Assembly (NCBI GenBank): GCA_041495565.1
Contig: JBGQCW010000001.1
Location: forward strand, 1 to 39,013
DNA from: Candidatus Acidiferrum sp.
GTDB taxonomy: Bacteria; Acidobacteriota; Terriglobia; Acidiferrales; UBA7541
Length of the DNA: 39,013 nucleotides
Reading direction: 5' to 3'
Shown here: positions 17,759 through 26,447 of the stretch, piece by piece
Layout of the letters: each line of letters begins with the position of its first letter
How positions within the stretch are numbered: the first letter of the stretch is position 1
Notes under the pieces: model-generated
The model's database searches: none
What the model saw: only the letters and a program-made list of their open reading frames with translations
What the model was told of the DNA's origin: nothing
Program-made: the position numbers and the translations under genes

Positions 17759-19144
17759 ATGGGCAGCCTCTCCGGCAGCCTCAACATCGCACTGCAAGCG
17801 CTGCTCGTCGAGCAGGGCGCGATCGAGACGACGAGCAACAACATCGCCAACGTCAACACGCCCGGCTACTCGCGCCAGCGCGCCGACCTCGTCGAAACGC
17901 CGCCCGTTCAATTCGGCAGCGTCACGCTCGGAACCGGCGTAAAACTCGCCGACGTGACCAGCCTTCGCGACTCCATTCTCGATCTCCGCGTCAACCAGGA
18001 AACGCAGCAGCAGGGCCAACTCGGAGCGTTCATCAGCAGCGGCCAGCAAATCCAGGGGCTCTTTAATGAAACCGCGGGAACGGGTCTGCAGGCGCCGCTG
18101 ACGGCTTTCTTCAACAGTCTCTCTCAGCTTTCCACCAATCCGAGCGACCTTAACGTACGCCAGAGCGTAATCACTGCCGCCCAGAATCTGACGCGTGCCT
18201 TCAATCAAACCTCCAACAATCTGAGCACCCTGCAACGCAACGTCGATTTGTCCGTCACGCAGTCCGTCAATCAGATCAACGCGCTGACTTCGCAAATCGC
18301 ATTGGTCAACGCTCAGGTGGCCAGCGCCACCGCGGTCGGCCAGAATCCCGGGCCTTTCATCGATCAACGGCAGCAGCTCATTACCCAACTCTCGAATCTG
18401 GTGGACGTCTCACAAATTGATGCGGGCAAAGGAAGTCTCACACTCACTACCAATTCCGGGGTGCCGCTGGTTGTTGGCGGGCAGGGTTTTCAATTGACCA
18501 CGCAGCCCGACCCGGTGACCGGGTTGCAGCACATCTTTTCGCAGGGCACCGACGTCACCGCGAAAATCGCCGCGGGCCAGCTCGCCGGCCAACTGCAGAT
18601 ACGCGACCAGGAAATTTCTTCGCTGCAGTCTTCGCTCGATGCGCTGGCGTCCAACCTTGCCAACTCCGTCAACACGCAGCATCAGGCCGGCTTTGATTTG
18701 AACGGCGCCGCAGGCGGAAATCTCTTCAACCCTCCGCCCGCCGGCGGAGTAGGCGCGGCTTCTTCGCTCACCATTGCCATCACCGATCCAACGAAGATTG
18801 CCGCGAGCGGCGGTCCCGCACCGGGAAGCCCGGGTGACAATGCCAACGCGAACGCGCTTCTCGCGCTGCAGAATCAGACCATTGTTGCCGGCAAGACACC
18901 GCTGAACTATTACTCCGGCTTGGTTTTCAAGATTGGCAACGACTTATCCACGGCGCAAACCAACCAGCAATCCGGCAGCCTGGTCCTGCAACAGATCCAG
19001 AATCTGCAAGGTGGCGTTTCCGGTGTGGACATCAACGAAGAGGCCGCCAATCTCATCCGTTACCAGAACGCGTACCAAGCCTCGGCGCGGATTGCTTCCA
19101 TGATCGATACGCTCCTGCAGACAACCATCAACATGGTGCAATAA
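17759..19144 (+). CDS. flgK: Hook-associated protein FlgK
   Basis: NNIANVNTPGYSRQ, G.GV, SGVDINEEA.NL..YQ.AY.ASAR; start reassigned to 17759. Confidence 0.96.
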   Translation: MGSLSGSLNIALQALLVEQGAIETTSNNIANVNTPGYSRQRADLVETPPVQFGSVTLGTGVKLADVTSLRDSILDLRVNQETQQQGQLGAFISSGQQIQGLFNETAGTGLQAPLTAFFNSLSQLSTNPSDLNVRQSVITAAQNLTRAFNQTSNNLSTLQRNVDLSVTQSVNQINALTSQIALVNAQVASATAVGQNPGPFIDQRQQLITQLSNLVDVSQIDAGKGSLTLTTNSGVPLVVGGQGFQLTTQPDPVTGLQHIFSQGTDVTAKIAAGQLAGQLQIRDQEISSLQSSLDALASNLANSVNTQHQAGFDLNGAAGGNLFNPPPAGGVGAASSLTIAITDPTKIAASGGPAPGSPGDNANANALLALQNQTIVAGKTPLNYYSGLVFKIGNDLSTAQTNQQSGSLVLQQIQNLQGGVSGVDINEEAANLIRYQNAYQASARIASMIDTLLQTTINMVQ

Positions 19145-19147
19145 CTC

Positions 19148-20041
19148 ATGAGCATACGAATCAATCCGAATATCCTGCCCGACCTGCTTCTTTCCCTTGC
19201 GCAGAGCAAGCAGAACGCGAGCACTGCCACGCAGCAATTGGCCACGGGGCGCAGCGTCAACCAGCTTTCCGATAATCCCTCGGCGGCCGCCACGCTGGTC
19301 GGCAATCACGATCAGGCCGGACAGGACGGCCAATTTCTGCAGAACATCAACTCATTGAATACCAAATTTCAGGTGGCCGACTCGACGCTGAGCAATGTTG
19401 TGCAGGTGCTCACGCGAGCGATCTCGATTGGCACGGAAGGCGCGAACGGTACGCTCAGCGCGGCGGACCGGCAAGCCATCGCCGGGGAAGTGCAGGGCCT
19501 GCTATCGCAGCTGGTGGGCCTGGCGAACACCGCCTACCAGGGTACGTTCCTTTTTGCGGGCACGGCGGTGACGACGCAGCCGTTCACGCTGGACACCACG
19601 ACCAACGCGGTCACCTACAACGGCAACACCGGCGTGACTTCCGTGCAACTCTCCAACGGCAACTCCATCAATACCAACGTGCCGGGCAGCCAGCTCTTCC
19701 TGAATGGGGCCGGCAACGCGTTTGGCGCACTGCAAAATCTGAACAGCGCGCTGCTCTCCGGCAACGGCATCGGTGCGGCGGTGTCGCAGTTGGGGACCGC
19801 GCTCAGCCAAATCAGCACGCAGCGCGTGTTCTATGGCAACGCCCTGAATCAAGTAAACCTCAGCGAGAACTTCCTGAACCAGGACAAAGTCAATCTGAGC
19901 ACGCAGGAAAATGCGCTGGTTGGCGTGGACCCCGCTAAAGCCGCTTCCGACCTCGTGCAAGCTCAGACGGCGAACCAAGCCACGCTCAGCGCCACCGGGC
20001 GCATACTGAGCCTGCCAACGTTGCTGGACTTCCTCAAGTAA
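19148..20041 (+). CDS. flgL: Hook-associated protein FlgL
   Basis: QLATG......SDNP, ANT...G..LFAG, Y.GN, C-terminal TLLDFLK. Confidence 0.95.
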   Translation: MSIRINPNILPDLLLSLAQSKQNASTATQQLATGRSVNQLSDNPSAAATLVGNHDQAGQDGQFLQNINSLNTKFQVADSTLSNVVQVLTRAISIGTEGANGTLSAADRQAIAGEVQGLLSQLVGLANTAYQGTFLFAGTAVTTQPFTLDTTTNAVTYNGNTGVTSVQLSNGNSINTNVPGSQLFLNGAGNAFGALQNLNSALLSGNGIGAAVSQLGTALSQISTQRVFYGNALNQVNLSENFLNQDKVNLSTQENALVGVDPAKAASDLVQAQTANQATLSATGRILSLPTLLDFLK

Positions 20042-20258
20042 CTCACATAGCTGTTGTGCCCACGGTCGAATTGGAAATCTTCCTCGTCGGTATGGTCTCG
20101 AAGTGAGCTTTCCGGTCATCACTTTACCCCCACGTGTTTACGACAAAGAGTGCTTTAGGGAATGAAAACAAAGACAGCTGAAGGGCGTTGAATGATGATG
20201 ACGCGGGTCCGTGCCACTGGTTAGATTGTTCCGGTGCAGGGCGGCAGAAGCGAGCAGC

Positions 20259-21299
20259 TCACGACCTCGATTTGGGGCAGTAAGCCCGGTCCTGGAGCGT
20301 GCCGGGAGGCAGGGCGGCGCAGGCAACTGCATCTTTCCAGGTGGTTTGTGCTCTGGCGATAGAGCGCGTCATGCCGCTGCGGAAGGATTCGGCGGAGAAG
20401 CGCTCGGAGACGGTGCGCTGGGCGGCGCGACCCATTTCGGCGGCGAGCGCGTGGTTTTCAAGCAGGAGTCGAGCGAATCGATTCAGTTCCACGGGATCGT
20501 CCGAGAGAAATCCGTCAACTCCGTGGGTGATTGGCGAGGTGGGATGACGATTGCCGAGAACGGGGAGGCCGGCGGCCATGGCTTCGAGAGTGGCCATGTT
20601 GTAGCCGTCTTCGAGATGCGGGTCGGCGGTGTGAATGAAGAAGCGGTGATGCGAGAGCGTTTCCTTGAGATCGGCCCAGCCGCGCGAAGGAGCCACGCCG
20701 GGGATTTCCGGATTGTGGCCGACGAGAGTGACGGGAAGACCAGCAAAGGCGCGCTGGTGAAAATCCCACAAGAGATAGCGAGGGCGGCGGAGAACAAAGT
20801 TGCAGACGCGCAAGCCGCGGGTAAGATCGCCTTGCCAGGCAGGGTAGTCCGCAGCGTCCGCGGACAAGAGCACAACATCATCGGGGAAACCCCAAGAGCG
20901 CCCCTTGAATTGGGATACGGCCACGACATGCGTGCGGGTTTGGCGCACGTATTGAGATACGGCGCTGCGAAATTCCACGGGGCCGGTCCGGGCGTGCTGC
21001 TCGAGGATCAAACTCTCGAGGGTGATATGAATGATGAGAATTCGAGGGCCGGGGAGCGATTTGATGTCGAGGAGATCGCTAAGATTGTGAGCGATGATGC
21101 AATCGTAGGTTTCACGAGCGGCAAGGACGTCCTGCAGCGTGACGAGACGCGCGTTCGGCGGGATGGGGCGCATGGCCTCGTCCCAGGCGCGGGTGTGGCG
21201 GCCTGAGAGGTTGACGATGATGTCCAGTGGGAGGCCCAGGAGCCGGAGCTGATAGACCCAGGCTTCGTGGCAATTGAAGACGAGAAGGCGGCTGTTCAT
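20259..21299 (-). CDS. Glycosyltransferase, GT-B fold (GT4-like)
   Basis: EDGYNMATLEAMAAGLPV, ITHGVDGFL, MG.AA...V.ERFS; start at MNSRLLVFN (ORF track gives 21341). Confidence 0.85.
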   Translation of the reverse strand: MNSRLLVFNCHEAWVYQLRLLGLPLDIIVNLSGRHTRAWDEAMRPIPPNARLVTLQDVLAARETYDCIIAHNLSDLLDIKSLPGPRILIIHITLESLILEQHARTGPVEFRSAVSQYVRQTRTHVVAVSQFKGRSWGFPDDVVLLSADAADYPAWQGDLTRGLRVCNFVLRRPRYLLWDFHQRAFAGLPVTLVGHNPEIPGVAPSRGWADLKETLSHHRFFIHTADPHLEDGYNMATLEAMAAGLPVLGNRHPTSPITHGVDGFLSDDPVELNRFARLLLENHALAAEMGRAAQRTVSERFSAESFRSGMTRSIARAQTTWKDAVACAALPPGTLQDRAYCPKSRS

Positions 21300-21385
21300 A
21301 GAAGAAGTGAGCAGTGATTGGTGATCAGTGAAAGAGCACAAGTTCCCTTGACTTCGAAAGACGGTGCGGCCAGCGCGTGTTCAGT

Positions 21386-21754
21386 TCAGCGCGTATGACC
21401 GAGAGCGTTGGCCCACTGCGACACGGCTTCCAGCTGCGCGCGCCCGGCATCTATTTGCGAGCGGCGAGCAAGCAACATCATGCGCACCTGCTCGAGAGTA
21501 GTTTGTAATTCGCTGAGCTGGGACTTGTACAAATCAAGCGGGCCTGCGATTTCAGGGTGCAGCTTGCGCAGTTCGGCGGCGCGCTCCATGACGAGCGCCA
21601 TCGCGGCGATGGGCTCCGAGAGTGAACGGACCTGCTCGACGCCGAATTCGCGTTCGCCGGCGAGTGCGCGCTTGGTGTCTGCCAACATCGCGGCGAGCTG
21701 CGCGTTGATATCCCCGATCTTGCCGCAGAGTGCCGAATCCACTACGCGCTCCAT
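21386..21754 (-). CDS. Helical hypothetical protein, FliT-like by position
   Basis: 122-aa coiled-coil-like ORF overlapping the fliS 3' end. Confidence 0.55.
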   Translation of the reverse strand: MERVVDSALCGKIGDINAQLAAMLADTKRALAGEREFGVEQVRSLSEPIAAMALVMERAAELRKLHPEIAGPLDLYKSQLSELQTTLEQVRMMLLARRSQIDAGRAQLEAVSQWANALGHTR

Positions 21755-22239
21755 TTCCCGCGAGGCGCGTCCATGGCGTTGTCCGGTGAGTTTGCCATGC
21801 GTGGCACGGTCGGAGTGTAAGCCGCGGTCGGCGTCGCTGGGGCCGGCGATTCCTGCGAACCGGCGGTAGATTTTTGTTCCACTTCTTGCCACGCCTGGCG
21901 CAGCGAACTGTACAGATTGACGAGATTTCGGAACGATTCGGCGGCGGGACGAATATTTGCTCCTAGGATCATGGCGCGGGTGACTTCATAGAAGCGGTCG
22001 AAGCGTTCTGCGGCTTCGCCTCCGCGCTGGCGATCAAGGGCGCTTTGGAGATGGGCAATAACGGTCAGGGCGTGATTGAGCTCGAAGACGCGGGTCTCGA
22101 TGTTTCCTGCTTCGAAAGCAACTTGAGCGCGGCGGAAGTCGCGAAGGATGGTGTCATACAGGCAAACGATCCGGCCGACGGGGGAAGCGCCGCGAGCGGA
22201 GTCCTGCTGGTAGGCGGATGCGGGTTGATTGTTCATCAT
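21742..22239 (-). CDS. fliS: Flagellin chaperone FliS
   Basis: AY......ASP...I..LYD, I..L..ALD...GGE.A......Y, L..AW. Confidence 0.92.
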   Translation of the reverse strand: MMNNQPASAYQQDSARGASPVGRIVCLYDTILRDFRRAQVAFEAGNIETRVFELNHALTVIAHLQSALDRQRGGEAAERFDRFYEVTRAMILGANIRPAAESFRNLVNLYSSLRQAWQEVEQKSTAGSQESPAPATPTAAYTPTVPRMANSPDNAMDAPRGKWSA

Positions 22240-23636
22240 GCGGTCCCGAGCTGCCTGCTGAGCTGGGCCTGCAGCAACGGAAGTTCTTGAAGCGTGGTGT
22301 TCACTTGGCTGTAAATCAGCGTAAGGCTCTGTTGCTTGATGGCGAGCGCGGCTTGCAAGCTGGTGATGCGGTTCGTCACATCTTGCGAGGATTGGGCGAA
22401 GCCTTTGGCGTCCAGCCCCAGCGCGCCGCTGGTGGGATCGATCAAATTTGAGAGAACGGAGTAGAGGTTGCTCGAAAATCCGTTGGACGCCGATTGCAGG
22501 AAGTTCTGGACGTTCGAAGAGTTTCCGGCGAGAACGGAGGAAAGCGTTCCCGAGTCAACGCTCAGTGTCCCATCGTTATTCAGATTGACGCCGAGGCTGG
22601 CCAGATTGACGATCCCGCCGTTTCCCCCGACAGCATGGGTGACTGCCGCGAGAAGCGCCGACTGGACCTCGCGCAGCGAGCCGTCCGCCTCGAGCGGACC
22701 GCCGCCCGTGCCGCTGGAACTTACAGCGAACTGTGCGTTGATGTCATTGATGGCGGTGTTGTACGCGGAGACAAACTGATTCACTGCGTCCGCGGCTTTG
22801 GACGTGTCCGGAGCGACGGTCAGCGTAACAGGTGTACTCGGAGCCGGCGAGCTGAGATTCAGCGTCACGCCGTTGATCACGTTGGCCACGGTGTTGGTGG
22901 TGCTGCTGATGGGCACGCTGTCCACGGTGAGAGAAGCATTTGAGCCCACTACGGCTTTGTTGAATATCAGGCTGGTGGTGTTTCCGCTAACCACGAGGTC
23001 GCCGGGCGCGCCGGTCGTTTGGCTCACCAGAGCCAGGCGCGCGCCATTCGCATCGTTGATCACGCTGGCGCTGACACCCATGGCCTGGCTATTGATCGCC
23101 GAGGCCAGTCCGCTGAGAGTGTTGTCCGCGGAATTCACCGTCACGGGCGGGTTGCTGCCGACCTGGAACTGGTAGTCTCCCCCGCTCAGCGCGGTAACGG
23201 TAACGGCTGTATTGCTGCCCACCTGGAACTGAAAACTTCCCGTGCCCAGGGGAGTGCTGCTGTCCGGGAGTGCATCGGTGTAGTAAGACGAGGTAGTCGC
23301 GAGCGAGGTGACGGTGATCGTGTGAGCGCCCGCGACAGCAGTGGATGCCGCGGTGGCGGAGAGAACACCTGAATTGGAAGATGTCGCCGTTTGCGAGTTC
23401 AGCGAGCCCAGTGGGTCATTGAGTGAAAATGCCGCGGATTGGAGAGCCGTGAGGTCCGAGGTGATTTTTGCGAGCGCGGAACTCTGAGCGGAAAGGATGC
23501 TCTGGGTGGTCTGGAAATTGGTGATGTTCGCCTGGTCGCCCGCCAGAGCCAATTGGACGAATTGCTGAACGTCAATCCCCTGTCCGAGGCCGGTGCTGGT
23601 GTTGGATGAAGCGGCGCCTGATACTGAGGTGGTCAT
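22236..23636 (-). CDS. fliD: Flagellar filament cap FliD
   Basis: GLG.GID....V, G.H.ITV..LA, TNTV..VI.GVTL.L, FV.AYN, L..LGV....DGTL.VD. Confidence 0.93.
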   Translation of the reverse strand: MTTSVSGAASSNTSTGLGQGIDVQQFVQLALAGDQANITNFQTTQSILSAQSSALAKITSDLTALQSAAFSLNDPLGSLNSQTATSSNSGVLSATAASTAVAGAHTITVTSLATTSSYYTDALPDSSTPLGTGSFQFQVGSNTAVTVTALSGGDYQFQVGSNPPVTVNSADNTLSGLASAINSQAMGVSASVINDANGARLALVSQTTGAPGDLVVSGNTTSLIFNKAVVGSNASLTVDSVPISSTTNTVANVINGVTLNLSSPAPSTPVTLTVAPDTSKAADAVNQFVSAYNTAINDINAQFAVSSSGTGGGPLEADGSLREVQSALLAAVTHAVGGNGGIVNLASLGVNLNNDGTLSVDSGTLSSVLAGNSSNVQNFLQSASNGFSSNLYSVLSNLIDPTSGALGLDAKGFAQSSQDVTNRITSLQAALAIKQQSLTLIYSQVNTTLQELPLLQAQLSRQLGTA

Positions 23637-23648
23637 CCGGATAGCTCC

Positions 23649-23998
23649 TTAGCCTTTAACGTTTACGTGCTGAGTCACGTTGGCCTTCTGCTGCTTCAAA
23701 TACTCTTCGATTCGTTCGCCGCCGTGCCTGACAGCTTGCGGAGGCAATTCCTGTATCTCTTTTAAGACTGCGCGTCGGTGACAACGTAGTAGACCCTTCC
23801 ATTGGGGTCGCGGCGAAATGTGATGTTTGCTTCCTGCGTTCCGATCGTAGGCGCAACTGCGGGTGACTCTCTGGATGTTTCCTTCGCGACGGGTGTCACG
23901 AAGCGACGGGCATTGGAACGAATAGCGACGTTCGGTGCGGACGCAGGTTGTGTGTTGGCCGCAGTGTCGATGGCGGCGGGATCGAAGTGCATGGTCAT
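23649..23998 (-). pseudogene. flaG: FlaG family protein interrupted by a 1-nt deletion/TAA near 23762
   Basis: F..DPNGRVYYVVTDAQS then, in the -1 frame, KEIQELPPQAV...IEEYL...HVNVKG*; the stop abuts the fliD SD (TAAGGAG). Confidence 0.75.
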
Positions 23999-24014
23999 TT
24001 TCGCTTCCCTGTAA

Positions 24015-24052
24015 GGCGGTTGAGGCGGGGCTCAGAGATCCCCGCCCACCGC
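24015..24052 (-). terminator. GC-rich hairpin after fliC (attenuator/terminator-like, no U-tract on the - strand)
   Basis: GCGGT-GGGCGGGG...CCCCGCC-tca-ACCGC inverted repeat. Confidence 0.55.
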
Positions 24053-24070
24053 GTGTTTCGCTCGTTTTCC

Positions 24071-24922
24071 TTAACGAAGCAGAGTGAGCACGCTCTGCTG
24101 CGCGGAGTTCGCCTGGGCCAGGGCCGAGATACCGGCCTGGTTCAGGATCGTGAATCGTGACAGGTTCGCGACTTCGGCCGGGATGTCCGCGGCGCGGATG
24201 CCGTCTTCGGCACTGGTCAGGTTCTGGACTTGGTTGTTGATAACAGTGACGGCCGACTGCAAGCGGTTGATGCCTGCGCCAATCGTGCCGCGAACGGAAG
24301 CAATGCCCGCGATGGCCGAGTTGATGTGGCCAAGAGCCGTCGTTGCAGCCGCACCGGTCGCTCCGGTCAGGGTGTCGGCGTTGACGCTGACGGTGCCACC
24401 GGCGCCATCGGACAACGCGGTAGAGAGCAAAGTCCCAACGGTGACGCCGATCGTGCTGTTGGAGGCCGCCGAAGAGTCGGACAAGAAAATGGACGTTGTC
24501 GAGGCCGTGAAGACGGAAGTGCCGTTGAACGTGGTGCTGCTGCCGATTCGGTCGATTTCCGCCTTGATCTGTGTGAACTCCGCATCCAGCGCGGTGCGCT
24601 GTGAGCTGCTCACCGTGCCGGTCGAGGCCTCCGTCGCCAGGGTAACCGAGCGGTTCAGAAGCGTGGTCACCTGAGCGAGCGCGCCATCGGCCACTTGCAG
24701 TGCGCCGACGCCGTCGGAGGCGTTGTGCGCCGACTGTGTGAGGGCGGTTTCATTTGCCCGCAGACCGTCAGCGATTGCGAGGCCGGCTGCGTCGTCCGCA
24801 CCGGTATTGATTCGTGAACCGGAAGAGAGACGGAACAGCGTCTTCTGCAGGTTCTGGTTGGTGATCGACAACTGGTTCTGCGCCACCAATGATGGGATGT
24901 TATTGAGAATGCTGAGTGACAT
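24071..24922 (-). CDS. fliC: Flagellin (short, 283 aa)
   Basis: RLSSGSRIN...DDAAGLAIA, FNG..V, RG.IGA..NRL, I..AD...E......IL.QAG..ALAQAN...Q.VL.LL. Confidence 0.98.
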   Translation of the reverse strand: MSLSILNNIPSLVAQNQLSITNQNLQKTLFRLSSGSRINTGADDAAGLAIADGLRANETALTQSAHNASDGVGALQVADGALAQVTTLLNRSVTLATEASTGTVSSSQRTALDAEFTQIKAEIDRIGSSTTFNGTSVFTASTTSIFLSDSSAASNSTIGVTVGTLLSTALSDGAGGTVSVNADTLTGATGAAATTALGHINSAIAGIASVRGTIGAGINRLQSAVTVINNQVQNLTSAEDGIRAADIPAEVANLSRFTILNQAGISALAQANSAQQSVLTLLR

Positions 24923-25051
24923 GGTTTGAGGCTCCTTTTCCTTTTTCTAAACTTCTGTTTGGCGTCCGGGAGCCTGTGGTGCGGGAGACTTGAACTCTCA
25001 AGGCCCATCTGGCTCGTATTCTCTGCGGAGCAGCCAACGTACTCACCCTGT

Positions 25052-25078
25052 TTATCGGCGGATGAGGAAAAGGCTTTA
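25052..25078 (-). promoter_or_regulatory. Consensus sigma28 promoter of fliC
   Basis: On the - strand, TAAA-gccttttcctcatcc(15)-GCCGATAA. Confidence 0.92.
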
Positions 25079-25097
25079 ACCCTCTTACTTAAATCAT

Positions 25098-26447
25098 TTA
25101 TTTTGAACTACTTGCCAATTTGGGTATACCTCCATGGTGTTCTACTTCAGCTAGTGCGCGCTGCAGCTTCTCACTATCCGGATAGGTAACCAGACCGGTC
25201 TGCAGCGCAGCGGCTGCGCGTGGCCAATTCTTAACGTTTGCCCATAAACTTGCCGCACGGAGAAAATCGCCGGATTGCGGCCGCTCCAGTGAATCCAGTT
25301 TTACCTGCGCCGCTCCAGCGGCCTCTTCGATGCGATGGAGGGCCACGCATCCCAGAATCAAACGGTCGTGCAACTCCGCCGCCGCAGGCCTTGTTCGAAT
25401 CGCTTCGTGTAACTGCTGTAGCCCGATCTCCGCTTTTCCGGAGCGCAGGATGGCCAGGCCGGACTTGCTGAGCAGGCCGGGATTTCCCGCTTCCTGTTTC
25501 ATTGCGAGTGTGTAGCACTCGGAAGCTTGTTGGAAATGGCCCAGATTATAATGGGCATCACCGCGGGTTTCCGAGACAAGTGCAGTTCGAAGCCCCACGC
25601 GCTCCGCTTTCTGAAGACAATAAATCGCTTCCAGGGGACGATCGAGTTTCGAAAGCGCCAGGCCATGGAAAAACCAGGCCAGACCGAATCGGGGATTGAG
25701 CTGGCAGGCGCGTTCGAACAGCACTTGCGCTTCCTGCAGGTTTCCAAAGTTGTCGAGTTCGACCAGACCCAATTCGAGATGCGCCTGAGCGTCTCGCGGC
25801 AACTCCTGAATTTTCTGGCGCCCCAGTTCGCGGTAGAGGCGGTTTTTGCGCTCGCGGGTTTCCTGGTCCGCCGCGAGTCCAAAATGGTGGACGAAAAAGT
25901 TTGCTTGCGCCAGCGTTCGTCCCGTTGCGAGGATGCGGGGGCCCACGCTTTCGTGGACGCGGCCGACAAAATAAATATCCGGATGGCGGCGGAATAACCG
26001 CACATTTTCATGTTCGACGTAGGCGGGGTACGGCCTCGCCGCTTCGAGCAGGGAATCGTTTCGTTTTGCGGGGCGATCCCAGATGCGATCGTCCAGGCTC
26101 AACAAGTAGTTTCGAATCGTGACCTGGTAGCCGGCGCAGGAGGCGTCTTCGAGGAGACCAGGAATCTTTTGTCCGGCGGCGGAATCGAGCTGTTCGTCCG
26201 CGTCGAGCGAAAGGATCCAATCGCTATTCACGGCGGCGAGCGCGCGGTTGCGCGCTTCCGCGAAATCATTGGTCCACGGAATCGAGATGACCGCCGCCCC
26301 AAAGCCGCGGGCAATTTCGACGGTCTTGTCTGTGGAACCGGTGTCCGCGATGGCGATAGGGTCGACAACCCCGCGCACGCTTTCCAAGCAGGCGGGCAGC
26401 CACTTTTCCGCATCGCGCACGATCATGGAAAGGGTGAGGCGATTCAT
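25098..26447 (-). CDS. GT2 glycosyltransferase with C-terminal TPRs (candidate flagellin O-glycosyltransferase)
   Basis: LSMIVRD, DTGSTD.T, W..DFA.ARN, WIL.LDADE, RLFR, GRVHE, then TPR helices; adjacent to fliC. Confidence 0.88.
   Translation of the reverse strand: MNRLTLSMIVRDAEKWLPACLESVRGVVDPIAIADTGSTDKTVEIARGFGAAVISIPWTNDFAEARNRALAAVNSDWILSLDADEQLDSAAGQKIPGLLEDASCAGYQVTIRNYLLSLDDRIWDRPAKRNDSLLEAARPYPAYVEHENVRLFRRHPDIYFVGRVHESVGPRILATGRTLAQANFFVHHFGLAADQETRERKNRLYRELGRQKIQELPRDAQAHLELGLVELDNFGNLQEAQVLFERACQLNPRFGLAWFFHGLALSKLDRPLEAIYCLQKAERVGLRTALVSETRGDAHYNLGHFQQASECYTLAMKQEAGNPGLLSKSGLAILRSGKAEIGLQQLHEAIRTRPAAAELHDRLILGCVALHRIEEAAGAAQVKLDSLERPQSGDFLRAASLWANVKNWPRAAAALQTGLVTYPDSEKLQRALAEVEHHGGIPKLASSSK

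Noticed and set aside
23755-23770. Programmed ribosomal frameshift in flaG
   Set aside because: The zero frame hits TAA with no X XXY YYZ heptamer before it and no evident stimulator; mutation or error is simpler
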